Source of the DNA: Pseudodesulfovibrio piezophilus C1TLV30
GTDB lineage: Bacteria > Desulfobacterota > Desulfovibrionia > Desulfovibrionales > Desulfovibrionaceae
NCBI RefSeq assembly: GCF_000341895.1
Contig: NC_020409.1
Coordinates: forward strand, 840,001-872,000
DNA length: 32,000 nucleotides
Reading direction: 5' to 3'
A program made the translations under genes and the position numbers. The notes under the pieces are model-generated. The model did not search any database. It was not told where the DNA came from and saw nothing but the letters and a program-made list of their open reading frames with translations. Below are positions 24,707 to 32,000 of this stretch, piece after piece; position 1 is the stretch's first letter; each line of letters starts with the position of its first letter.

Positions 24707-26011
24707 CTAATCGTCGAGTTGGATATCCTTGCCTTCCAGAACACGATTCATGTTACGCACTGCGCACATTTTTCCACACATGGTACAGGAATCTTCATGC
24801 TCCGGCTTGGAGGACTCACGGTATTCACGCGGTTTGACCGGGTCCATGGCGAGATTGAACATTTCTTCCCAATCCAGTGCTGCACGAGCCTTGGACATGG
24901 AGTCATCCCAATCCCTCGCCCCAGGGTATCCCTTGGCAACGTCTGCAGCATGGGCAGCGATACGTGTTGCGATAATCCCCTCTTTCATATCGTCAAGCGT
25001 GGGCAGGCGCAGGTGCTCTGCCGGGGTGACATAGCACAGAAAATCAGCACCGGACATGGCAGCGATTGCGCCACCGATTGCAGCGGTAATATGATCGTAA
25101 CCGGGCGCAACATCTGTCACTAACGGGCCGAGGACATAAAATGGCGCACCATGGCACAAACGTTTTTCCATCATCATGTTCCCCGCAATCTCATTCATGG
25201 CCATATGACCCGGACCTTCGATCATAACCTGAACATTGCGCTCCCAAGCACGCTTGGTCAACTCACCCAGCGTAATCAACTCTTCAACCTGACAGGCGTC
25301 AGTCGCATCGTGCAGACAACCAGGACGACATCCATCACCAAGACTCAGTGTGACATCATACTCTTCACAAATATCAAGCAGACGGTCATAATGCTCATAA
25401 AAAGGGTTCTCGGCCTGATTGATTTCCATCCAGGTAAACAGAAGTGAGCCACCACGGGAAACGATATTGGTCAGACGCCCGCCCTGTTTGACCTTGTCGG
25501 CAGTATGCCGGTTCAGCCCGCAGTGAATGGTCAAGAAGTCCACACCGTCCTGAACGTGCTTTCTGACAACGTCGAAAAACTCGTCAACAGTGATATCCTG
25601 AAGATTCTTGTCATAAAACCCAACTGCATCATAAATAGGAACCGTGCCAATCATAGCCGGAGAGATTTCCACCAGACGTTGCCGGAATTCCTGGGTCTTT
25701 CCAAAGCAGCTCAAGTCCATGATAGCCTCAGCCTTGAGATCTAAAGCAGCGCGCACTTTGTCCATTTCAGGTTCGATATCGCAACAATCCTTGGAGATAC
25801 CAAGATTAACATTGAGCTTGGTACGCATTCCCTCGCCAACACCTTCAGCATCAAGACTAGTATGGTTCTTGTTTGCCGGGATAATGACGGTTCCTTTGGC
25901 CATGCGTTCCATCAAGTCTTCCACACGCATATTTTCCTTACGGGCCACGGTCTCCATCTGGGGTGTGACAATGCCTTTGCGAGCGGCATCCATTTGAGTC
26001 GTATATTCCAT
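24707..26011 (-). CDS. thiC: Phosphomethylpyrimidine synthase
   Basis: Lies within ORF 24707..26302. The start was trimmed to ATG 26011, preceded by AAGGAGAAAAGA and located 10 nt after the thiE stop. ThiC motifs: [21 protein letters not shown], the GDGCRPG region, and the C-terminal CTMCGKMCA Fe-S motif. Confidence 0.9.
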   Translation of the reverse strand: MEYTTQMDAARKGIVTPQMETVARKENMRVEDLMERMAKGTVIIPANKNHTSLDAEGVGEGMRTKLNVNLGISKDCCDIEPEMDKVRAALDLKAEAIMDLSCFGKTQEFRQRLVEISPAMIGTVPIYDAVGFYDKNLQDITVDEFFDVVRKHVQDGVDFLTIHCGLNRHTADKVKQGGRLTNIVSRGGSLLFTWMEINQAENPFYEHYDRLLDICEEYDVTLSLGDGCRPGCLHDATDACQVEELITLGELTKRAWERNVQVMIEGPGHMAMNEIAGNMMMEKRLCHGAPFYVLGPLVTDVAPGYDHITAAIGGAIAAMSGADFLCYVTPAEHLRLPTLDDMKEGIIATRIAAHAADVAKGYPGARDWDDSMSKARAALDWEEMFNLAMDPVKPREYRESSKPEHEDSCTMCGKMCAVRNMNRVLEGKDIQLDD

Positions 26012-26021
26012 TCTTTTCTCC

Positions 26022-26672
26022 TTAAGCATGCTGCATCTTTTGACGCAGTGCATTGATTGTCCCGCCGATATCCTCAGACCCGACGATTTCAGTGACAATG
26101 GCAACGCAGCGAGCGCCGCGCCTGACCACTTCAGCCACGTTGTGTTCCTTAATGCCGCCGATAGCGACAAACGGAATGTCGACATTGCCGACAACATATT
26201 CCAGATACTCAAAACCGACGGGGTCAACCACGTCATCTTTGGTGAATGTCTTGAAGATCGGCCCCACACCGATATAATCGGCTCCACACCGTACGGCTTC
26301 ACGAGCCTCTTCCGGTGAATGTGTTGACAAGCCTATGGCCATCTTCTCGCCGACAATGTTTCTGACTGCCTGAACAGGAAAATCCTCCTGTCCTATATGA
26401 ACGCCATCCGCCTCCACCATCAAAGCGAGGTCAATATCGTCATTAACGATAAATGCGGCCCCCGCATCGCGTGTCATCTGGCGAATTGCAAGACATTCCT
26501 GATATTTTTCACCACTTTTTTTCTCTTTTTCCCGATACTGAATCAAGGAGACACCACTTTCCAACATCGCCTTGACCACATCAAGATTCGAACGGTCCAG
26601 AGAAAACTTTTCCGCTGTCAAACAATAGAGATCAGTATCCAGAATCGTGTGCCGTGAGAATTCCCGACCCAT
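26022..26672 (-). CDS. thiE: Thiamine-phosphate synthase
   Basis: Motifs [44 protein letters not shown] and FVAIGGI. ATG at 26672 overlaps the thiF TGA, and GGAGG lies 6 nt upstream. Confidence 0.9.
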   Translation of the reverse strand: MGREFSRHTILDTDLYCLTAEKFSLDRSNLDVVKAMLESGVSLIQYREKEKKSGEKYQECLAIRQMTRDAGAAFIVNDDIDLALMVEADGVHIGQEDFPVQAVRNIVGEKMAIGLSTHSPEEAREAVRCGADYIGVGPIFKTFTKDDVVDPVGFEYLEYVVGNVDIPFVAIGGIKEHNVAEVVRRGARCVAIVTEIVGSEDIGGTINALRQKMQHA

Positions 26673-27301
26673 CACTTGCCTCCTTCGACTATGAACTTTT
26701 CAAGATAATGATTGAGAACTACGTCTGCCTGTTTGGCTGCGGCAATGGCGACTTTCGGTGAGAGGGGGGGATTTTCCATGGAGCACTCTGTCTGCATGTC
26801 ACCTATCATGTAGAAGTTTTCCCGCACTTTTCGTGTCACAAGAGCGTCGGTATTTCCCGTTCCCCCGATGCCGGAGGCCGTCACCACAAGCTTGTCGGTC
26901 GGCAGGTATGCCTCTACCAGAGCCTTCTTGAACATGGGGTCATCAAGTGCCTCGATGACAACATCACAGTCCATGAATGCGGATTCCATATTATCCGGGG
27001 CCAGAGTCAGAGTCCTTACATCAAGATCGAGATCCGGATTGACTGCCAGCATATTCTTGGAAAGAGCCATCACTTTGAGCTGTCCTATCTGGTCGATACC
27101 ATAGGCCTGCCGATTCAGGTTGGATTCATCCACGCGATCAAAATCGATAAGAACAAACCGCTTGAATCCACTCCGGACAAGATGCATGGCACAATTGGAC
27201 CCGAGTCCGCCCACTCCGGCTATGCCGATTGTACGGACTTGGAGAAAACGTAAACGATCTTCTCCCAGGTACAACGCTATACCCTGCTCTGTCCTGTTCA
27301 T
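26672..27301 (-). CDS. thiF: ThiS adenylyltransferase (short ThiF/E1-like)
   Basis: 209 aa with the Rossmann motif IGIAGVGGLGSNCAMHLVRSG and DFDRVDESNLNRQ. It forms an ATGA overlap with the thiH stop and sits inside the thi operon. Confidence 0.85.
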   Translation of the reverse strand: MNRTEQGIALYLGEDRLRFLQVRTIGIAGVGGLGSNCAMHLVRSGFKRFVLIDFDRVDESNLNRQAYGIDQIGQLKVMALSKNMLAVNPDLDLDVRTLTLAPDNMESAFMDCDVVIEALDDPMFKKALVEAYLPTDKLVVTASGIGGTGNTDALVTRKVRENFYMIGDMQTECSMENPPLSPKVAIAAAKQADVVLNHYLEKFIVEGGK

Positions 27302-28428
27302 GCCGCGCCTCCTGAAACATTCCTGTCAAAGGGTTCCCAATCTTTAAAAACCGGCTGATATCCATGACTCTTGAGCATGGCACACATCTGCTCGACAGAA
27401 CGGTCGTCACTAATGTCGAACTGACCGACCTTGTCACAATCCTGAGTATGTCCTCCCACGGCAGTAGAAACTCCGGCAGACATCTTGGTCACGCCAAGAG
27501 GCAGAAGGTTTTCCCTGAAATCCGGGCTTTCGCGGGTAGAAATAGTAATACCGAGGCGAGGAAGAAAGAGACGCATGGCAAGCATCAATTGGACCATTTC
27601 CCGATCAGAGACGAGAGTTGTAGGCTGGAACTCACCTGCATGAGGGCGCATACGCGGCAATGAAACCGATATATCCACATCCGGATAATTATCCATGAGA
27701 TACGCTGCATGCATCCCTGTCTGCAATGCATCTTTTCTCCAATCTCCCAGACCGAGAAGCGCACCGATATTCACCACACGCATCCCCGCCTGGCACCCCC
27801 GCTCCGGAGCATCAAGGCGGAATCGAAAATCCTTCTTAGGCCCACGAGGATGTAAAGTATCGTACAAATCCTCGTCGTATGTCTCCTGAAAAAGGGTCAA
27901 TCCATCCACACCGACTTCGACAAGCCTTGTGTATTCTTCCAGTGTCATGGCATAAATCTCGATAGACACCGAAGGGAAGTGGTTTCGTAAAAGTGTAACA
28001 CACTCCTCAAGATACTCGGGAGAAGCCTTGACCCGAGATTCACCCGTTAAAATCAGAAGGTGCCGAAGGCCCGTCGCGGCAATGGCCTTGGCCTCCACCT
28101 CCAACTGCTCAGCGGTCAGTTGACTCCTGGGAATCACGTTTTTGGCATTGAAACCACAATAGACGCAATGATTGGAACAATAATTGGATAGATACAACGG
28201 AGTGAAGAGCTGAATAGTCCGTCCGAAGTTCTGCGCAGTCAGGGTATTCGCCTTACGAGCCATGTCCTCAATAAACGGTGCTGCGGTCGGGCTCATCAGA
28301 GCCAGGAAGTCACCTGGAGTACAATGTTTTTTTGCAATAGCTCGGAGCACATCAGCTTCAGTTACAGCTGCAAATTGTTCTTCCAGAGAAGCTTCTTCCA
28401 ATTCCCTGCATAGAGGATAATAACTCAT
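27298..28428 (-). CDS. thiH: 2-iminoacetate synthase (radical SAM tyrosine lyase)
   Basis: Radical SAM motif CSNHCVYCGF, with thiG upstream. The start was chosen as ATG 28428, which has GAGGAG 7 nt upstream. The track ORF begins 18 nt further upstream, at 28446. Confidence 0.88.
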   Translation of the reverse strand: MSYYPLCRELEEASLEEQFAAVTEADVLRAIAKKHCTPGDFLALMSPTAAPFIEDMARKANTLTAQNFGRTIQLFTPLYLSNYCSNHCVYCGFNAKNVIPRSQLTAEQLEVEAKAIAATGLRHLLILTGESRVKASPEYLEECVTLLRNHFPSVSIEIYAMTLEEYTRLVEVGVDGLTLFQETYDEDLYDTLHPRGPKKDFRFRLDAPERGCQAGMRVVNIGALLGLGDWRKDALQTGMHAAYLMDNYPDVDISVSLPRMRPHAGEFQPTTLVSDREMVQLMLAMRLFLPRLGITISTRESPDFRENLLPLGVTKMSAGVSTAVGGHTQDCDKVGQFDISDDRSVEQMCAMLKSHGYQPVFKDWEPFDRNVSGGAA

Positions 28429-28432
28429 GGCA

Positions 28433-29209
28433 TTACTCCTCACCAAGGAAACCGGTCAACGGAGAGGAAGCAATCGCCTCTCTTTGCCGCGCTCCCGGTC
28501 CAGAAAGATATGCTTCACGTCCAGCCGTCACAGCACGCCCAAAAGCACGGGCCATCATGACAGGATCACTGGCTGTGGCAATCGCAGTATTGACAAGACA
28601 GGCATCAGCACCCATTTCCATGGCTTCGCACGCTTCGGAAGGTCGCCCGATGCCTGCATCCACAACAATCGGCACATTGATCTCATCTATAAGGATGCGA
28701 ACCATTTCCTTGGTCTTGAGACCACGATTGCTTCCAATAGGTGCACCAAGCGGCATAACCGCGGCAGCACCGGCATCAACAAGTGAACGCGCCACATACA
28801 GGTCGGCATTGACATAAGGCAGCACTATAAAACCTTCCTTGGCGAGGATTTCAGTGGCTTTGGCTGTCTCATATCCATCAGGCAACAAATACTTGTTGTC
28901 CGAGATGACCTCGATCTTAATCCAGTCTCCACATCCCATGGCACGAGCCAGTCGGGCTATACGAACGGCTTCTTCAGCTGTCCTTGCACCGGAAGTATTC
29001 GGAAGCAGTTGCATGTGCTCAGGAATACAGCTCATGACATTAGCGGTTTGAGATTCCATATCCACACGCCGCAGCGCCACGGTAATGACTTGGGCGCCGG
29101 AAGCGTCGCATACGGATGGAATAATGAAGTCATCCGCGTATTTTCCTGTGCCGATAAACAAGCGGCTTTTGAATTCAAGGCCGCCGATTTTAAAGATGTC
29201 TTCGCTCAT
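28433..29209 (-). CDS. thiG: Thiazole synthase
   Basis: 258 aa. Motifs [34 protein letters not shown] and IVDAGIG. Confidence 0.9.
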   Translation of the reverse strand: MSEDIFKIGGLEFKSRLFIGTGKYADDFIIPSVCDASGAQVITVALRRVDMESQTANVMSCIPEHMQLLPNTSGARTAEEAVRIARLARAMGCGDWIKIEVISDNKYLLPDGYETAKATEILAKEGFIVLPYVNADLYVARSLVDAGAAAVMPLGAPIGSNRGLKTKEMVRILIDEINVPIVVDAGIGRPSEACEAMEMGADACLVNTAIATASDPVMMARAFGRAVTAGREAYLSGPGARQREAIASSPLTGFLGEE

Positions 29210-29220
29210 GCTTGCTTCTC

Positions 29221-29421
29221 CTAGCCTCCACCGACAAAGCGGAGGACTTCAAGGTGATCACCGTTGTTGAGTTCGACTGAATCGAATTCAACAGACGGAA
29301 TGATCTGCCCGTTCAACTCAATGACCACCGTGTCGGAGTCAATTCCATTGAGCTCCAGAAGATCCAGAAGACTCGCGGAGCCCGCTACTTCGACATTCTT
29401 GCCATTCATCACGATATCCAT
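29221..29421 (-). CDS. thiS: Sulfur carrier protein ThiS
   Basis: 66 aa ending in VGGG. The track start at 29427 is TTG. ATG at 29421 has AAGGAG 6 nt upstream. Confidence 0.85.
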   Translation of the reverse strand: MDIVMNGKNVEVAGSASLLDLLELNGIDSDTVVIELNGQIIPSVEFDSVELNNGDHLEVLRFVGGG

Positions 29422-29459
29422 GACCAACTCCTTGCCACGAAACGGACCGTGGCTTCACC

Positions 29460-29490
29460 CAAAAAAAAACGCTTGCCAAGAGGGGCAAGC
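29460..29490 (-). terminator. Intrinsic terminator forming the expression platform of the TPP riboswitch
   Basis: The minus strand reads CGCUUGCC-CCUCUU-GGCAAGCG followed by U9. It sits between the aptamer and the thiS RBS. Confidence 0.7.
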
Positions 29491-29521
29491 GTGCAATTAT
29501 TCCATAACAGAAAGTATGCAG

Positions 29522-29602
29522 CTTCCCTACGGCGGTATTATCCGCATCAGGTTCAAAGGGTCAGGCGCATTGCCATCTCAGCCCGCATCGGGCACCCCTA
29601 GC
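29522..29602 (-). ncRNA. TPP (THI-box) riboswitch aptamer
   Basis: The minus strand reads GCUAGGGGUGCCCGAUGCGGGCUGAGAUGGCAAUGCGCCUGACCCUUUGAACCUGAUGCGGAUAAUACCGCCGUAGGGAAGC. It contains the conserved GGGGUGC, CUGAGA, ACCC, GAACCUGAUC-like, GGAUAAUACC and GUAGGGA elements. Confidence 0.9.
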
Positions 29603-29609
29603 TCAGTGA

Positions 29610-29638
29610 ACCCTATGTCAAACTATTCTCCATGTAAA
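29610..29638 (-). promoter_or_regulatory. Candidate promoter of the thi operon
   Basis: On the minus strand, TTTACA (29638-29633), a 17-bp spacer, then TAGGGT (29615-29610). This would start transcription a few nucleotides before the riboswitch P1 region. Confidence 0.3.
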
Positions 29639-29836
29639 GCACTGTCACTGCACTTTCCCCTTGAAAAATCGCTTTGCAATCAATTGCCCCTGACAACAAT
29701 ATGTAATGATAAACAAAAGACAGCAGAGAGTACCAAGAAATATCTTTTTTCCATCTTACGTCACTTATAACCTAAAGTTTCTGAAAAAGTCAGACGATAA
29801 TAGTTCCGTGACTGAATTATAACGGGGGAAATATTC

Positions 29837-30277
29837 ATGTTCTCGAGCATATTCCAGGCCACCGGATTCAAGCGAGCTCTCACTCTCTGCCAAGAAGGAA
29901 AGCATGCTGAAGCGGAAGCGCTCATGAAAAGTCTCCAGGACGAATTTCTCGCAGTGTGCGAGGAAAACGAGGCACTGAAACTCCAACTCTCCGAAGTGGC
30001 AAATGTCCTTGATCTGGCGGACAAGGTACAGTTTGATGGTCAGAAGTACTGGCTCAATGATGATGGAGAAAGAAAAGGACCTTTCTGTCAGGTATGTTAC
30101 GATCGAGACGGCCTTCTGGTCCACTTACAGGAACGCGACAATCACTGGGAGTGCCAAAGCTGCAACAGCCTTTACATTCTCCCGCGGGAAGATTCATCTC
30201 CACCCAAGAAGAAATCTGAAGCCCGGTCAACAGTAAAAAAGACTATCCCGCTCTTTCTTGAACGAGAGTTGGGGTAA
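29837..30277 (+). CDS. Hypothetical protein: N-terminal coiled coil plus C-terminal CxxC...CxxC zinc ribbon
   Basis: 146 aa with a GGGGGA RBS. The heptad-like segment reads AEALMKSLQDEFLAVCEENEALKLQLSEVANVLDLA. The cysteine pairs are FCQVCYD and WECQSCN. The tail is basic (PPKKKSEARSTVKK). No family was recognised. Confidence 0.55.
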   Translation: MFSSIFQATGFKRALTLCQEGKHAEAEALMKSLQDEFLAVCEENEALKLQLSEVANVLDLADKVQFDGQKYWLNDDGERKGPFCQVCYDRDGLLVHLQERDNHWECQSCNSLYILPREDSSPPKKKSEARSTVKKTIPLFLERELG

Positions 30278-30285
30278 TCATTATT

Positions 30286-30330
30286 AAGACAATAAAAAAC
30301 GCAGCATATTGCTGCGTTTCTTATTGTCTT
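30286..30330. terminator. Bidirectional terminator between convergent genes
   Basis: Long palindrome AAGACAATAAAAAACGCAGC-ATATT-GCTGCGTTTCTTATTGTCTT. The inner GC stem is flanked by an A-tract and a T-tract, so a U-run follows the hairpin on both strands and is better on the minus strand. Confidence 0.7.
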
Positions 30331-30348
30331 ATCCTCACCGGTGAAGCC

Positions 30349-31686
30349 TTAGAGAAACTTGGTGCCGAGCAAAGTGGTTTTCCGTACCCACTTTTCAAGC
30401 ATTTTTTCATCGCTGAACTGGACAACTCCATATGCAAGGTCATCAGTATCCATGCCGGGAAGATAAATAAACACGGCTAGATTCTTGGTGGCTCTTCTGT
30501 GTTCTTTCCATAAAGTCGTCGCAAAATCCGTCAAGCCGGCAGAACTTGGCAGCGTCGAGGAGGAAAGGAAGACCTTGAGCGTAATCCAGGATTCCCCATA
30601 TCGTCGAGCCTCAGATTTTTCAAGCAAACGATACTGATAGCCATGTATAGTTTTATCAGCTATCGGATCAGGACGCTTGGCTCCCGAAAAGCGAGTCCGG
30701 TCTATCACCATACTTTTTCTCGTCGCGGCAACCGATTCCCCGGCTACAGCTTTTCGAGTCTCTACTTTAGCTGATGATCCGCGAGGACTGCCCTCGTGAC
30801 GATTGGATTCCGATCCGCTCTCCAAAAGACTTTGCAATGCATAGCCCATGGCTCTTTTTTCCATACGAAGAGGTTCATTTTCTGCAAAAACAGCGTACCA
30901 ACCGTTTTTTAAAAAATCCACGCGAACCCTTTCGCCAGGCTGCACAGTCCGAACATAGCGGGCCCCAGTCGTTCTCTGCTCACGAATATTTACTTTACGT
31001 TGAACAGTCACGACCTTGCCCCATATGCCCGATGGTGTTTCATCTGGTTGCGAGATACCCTTTTCCTCTTTGCTGGAAACTGTCTTCTCTATTTCTCTCG
31101 GGGGAGTCACTTTGACACGAGTCCGATTCTCGGATTTGGCAGGGCCAGGAGTTGTCACTCCTGTACTCCCAGCAGGTTCCATATATTCACTACTTGCATA
31201 GCCTATGCCGTTCATTTGAGAACGAATCGTCGCATCCGGGGCAAAAACCATTACCCACTCGTCATCGGGAAAATCAATTTTCACGGTTTCGCCGATATCA
31301 AGAAGCGTCACCTTCGCCCCCCGAGTAGATGGTTGAGAACGAACATTGAGCTTTTGCGTGGTTTTCATCAGTGTTCCCCACGCCTTCGGCTCGACCCGAG
31401 TCTGCTCCGTCTTCAAGAACTTGACATTGGAGTATCCTACAGCCGCATCTTCACTGGCGTTGCTTTCGCCAGGTTCAAAAACTGCAACCCAGCCATCTTT
31501 CAGGAAGGCGACACGCACCATCTGTCCAGGATATAAACTGCCAACCCATTCAGCCTTTGCCGAACGGGATTTCCGAAGGTTGAGAGGACGATCTGGAAAA
31601 CGAATTTCACCAAAAGCCAGAGCCGAAGAAACAGTCAGCAATGCAACACTCAAAGTCAGTATCGTCACAATATAATATTTTCGCAT
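30349..31686 (-). CDS. Secreted protein with three SH3b-like repeats and an uncharacterised C-terminal domain
   Basis: Signal peptide MRKYYIVTILTLSVALLTVSSALA. Three internally similar ~60-aa modules are present: LNLRKSRS...VRVAFLKDGWVAVF...VGY, LNVRSQPS...VKIDFPDDEWVMVF...IGY and VNIREQRT...VRVDFLKNGWYAVF...MGY. The C-terminal ~120 aa matches no recognised family. Confidence 0.65.
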   Translation of the reverse strand: MRKYYIVTILTLSVALLTVSSALAFGEIRFPDRPLNLRKSRSAKAEWVGSLYPGQMVRVAFLKDGWVAVFEPGESNASEDAAVGYSNVKFLKTEQTRVEPKAWGTLMKTTQKLNVRSQPSTRGAKVTLLDIGETVKIDFPDDEWVMVFAPDATIRSQMNGIGYASSEYMEPAGSTGVTTPGPAKSENRTRVKVTPPREIEKTVSSKEEKGISQPDETPSGIWGKVVTVQRKVNIREQRTTGARYVRTVQPGERVRVDFLKNGWYAVFAENEPLRMEKRAMGYALQSLLESGSESNRHEGSPRGSSAKVETRKAVAGESVAATRKSMVIDRTRFSGAKRPDPIADKTIHGYQYRLLEKSEARRYGESWITLKVFLSSSTLPSSAGLTDFATTLWKEHRRATKNLAVFIYLPGMDTDDLAYGVVQFSDEKMLEKWVRKTTLLGTKFL

Positions 31687-31699
31687 AGGGAGTCAGCCT

Positions 31700-32000
31700 C
31701 TAGAGCATGGAGTTGAGTTCACGAATAACACGATCGGTAATGTCCATAGAATTATCAACATACCCAATAACCTCCGGGTCTGTGAGGATCATGGTAAATC
31801 CGCCTTCCTGAGCAATGGCTTGCAGTAATGAATCTGCCCTATGCATGATAAACCGAATGAGGTGACGCTCTTCAGCCTGAATGTCCGTATTGCTCATCTC
31901 CACTATCTGTTCATATGAACGGGCAGACAACCGGAGTGACTGTTCAAGAGATTGTTGCTCTGCCACAGACAAAGTATCACTTTCCAGTTTTTTCTTGAGC
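31700..32000 (-). CDS. skp: OmpH/Skp-family periplasmic chaperone. The 5' end lies beyond the right window edge.
   Basis: The frame stays open to the window edge (…KKKLESDTLSVAEQQSLEQ…). The C-terminal pattern LLQAIAQEGGFTMILTDPEVIGYVDNSMDITDRVIRELN matches the Skp/OmpH C-terminus (va.e.g..lvl......vy.....DiTd.vi..ln). Confidence 0.6.
   Translation of the reverse strand, partial: LKKKLESDTLSVAEQQSLEQSLRLSARSYEQIVEMSNTDIQAEERHLIRFIMHRADSLLQAIAQEGGFTMILTDPEVIGYVDNSMDITDRVIRELNSML

Noticed and set aside
29264-29770. 168-aa plus-strand ORF spanning the thiS antisense strand, the riboswitch and the promoter region.
   Set aside because: It overlaps a well-supported riboswitch and the thiS gene on the opposite strand, and it has no coding features.

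Overview
This 32-kb chromosomal window is mostly housekeeping and cell-envelope genes. Gene content suggests a Desulfovibrionales-like anaerobe, but that is inference only.

(1) 1-11584, minus strand: a 13-gene complex-I-like operon in the order nuoA-B-C-D-H-I-J-K, a 515-aa MrpD-like subunit, an 86-aa 2-TM protein, a 597-aa NuoL-like subunit, then nuoM-nuoN. nuoN runs off the left edge. nuoEFG are absent, there is one extra antiporter-like subunit, and NuoI carries an insertion. This is the most unusual system in the window.

(2) 11906-13959, minus strand: a REC-PAS-GGDEF response regulator co-oriented with a ComB-family (2-phosphosulfolactate phosphatase-like) gene.

(3) 14155-21281: an envelope glycan or lipid-carrier neighbourhood. 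It holds UDP-glucuronate decarboxylase, two GT1/GT4 glycosyltransferases, a PAP2 phosphatase, a TVP38/DedA-superfamily protein, a LAB_N small membrane protein and a polyprenyl-phosphate GT2. An IS1182-family element has inserted exactly into a bidirectional terminator hairpin, leaving a 21-bp target duplication.

(4) 21394-21833: two tandem initiator tRNA-fMet genes, each with its own promoter and terminator.

(5) 21894-24422: a hybrid sensor kinase with 5TM-LytS-type, PAS, HisKA, HATPase and REC domains.

(6) 24707-29602, minus strand: a thiS-G-H-F-E-C operon behind a TPP riboswitch with an intrinsic terminator.

(7) Right end: an orphan coiled-coil/zinc-ribbon protein, a secreted triple-SH3b protein, and a partial skp/ompH gene.

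I saw no CRISPR array, recognisable defence system, prophage or toxin-antitoxin pair. Several long ORFs in the supplied track are antisense shadows or artificial N-terminal extensions and were rejected. The track also uses TTG and GTG as starts, so I re-evaluated start codons by hand.
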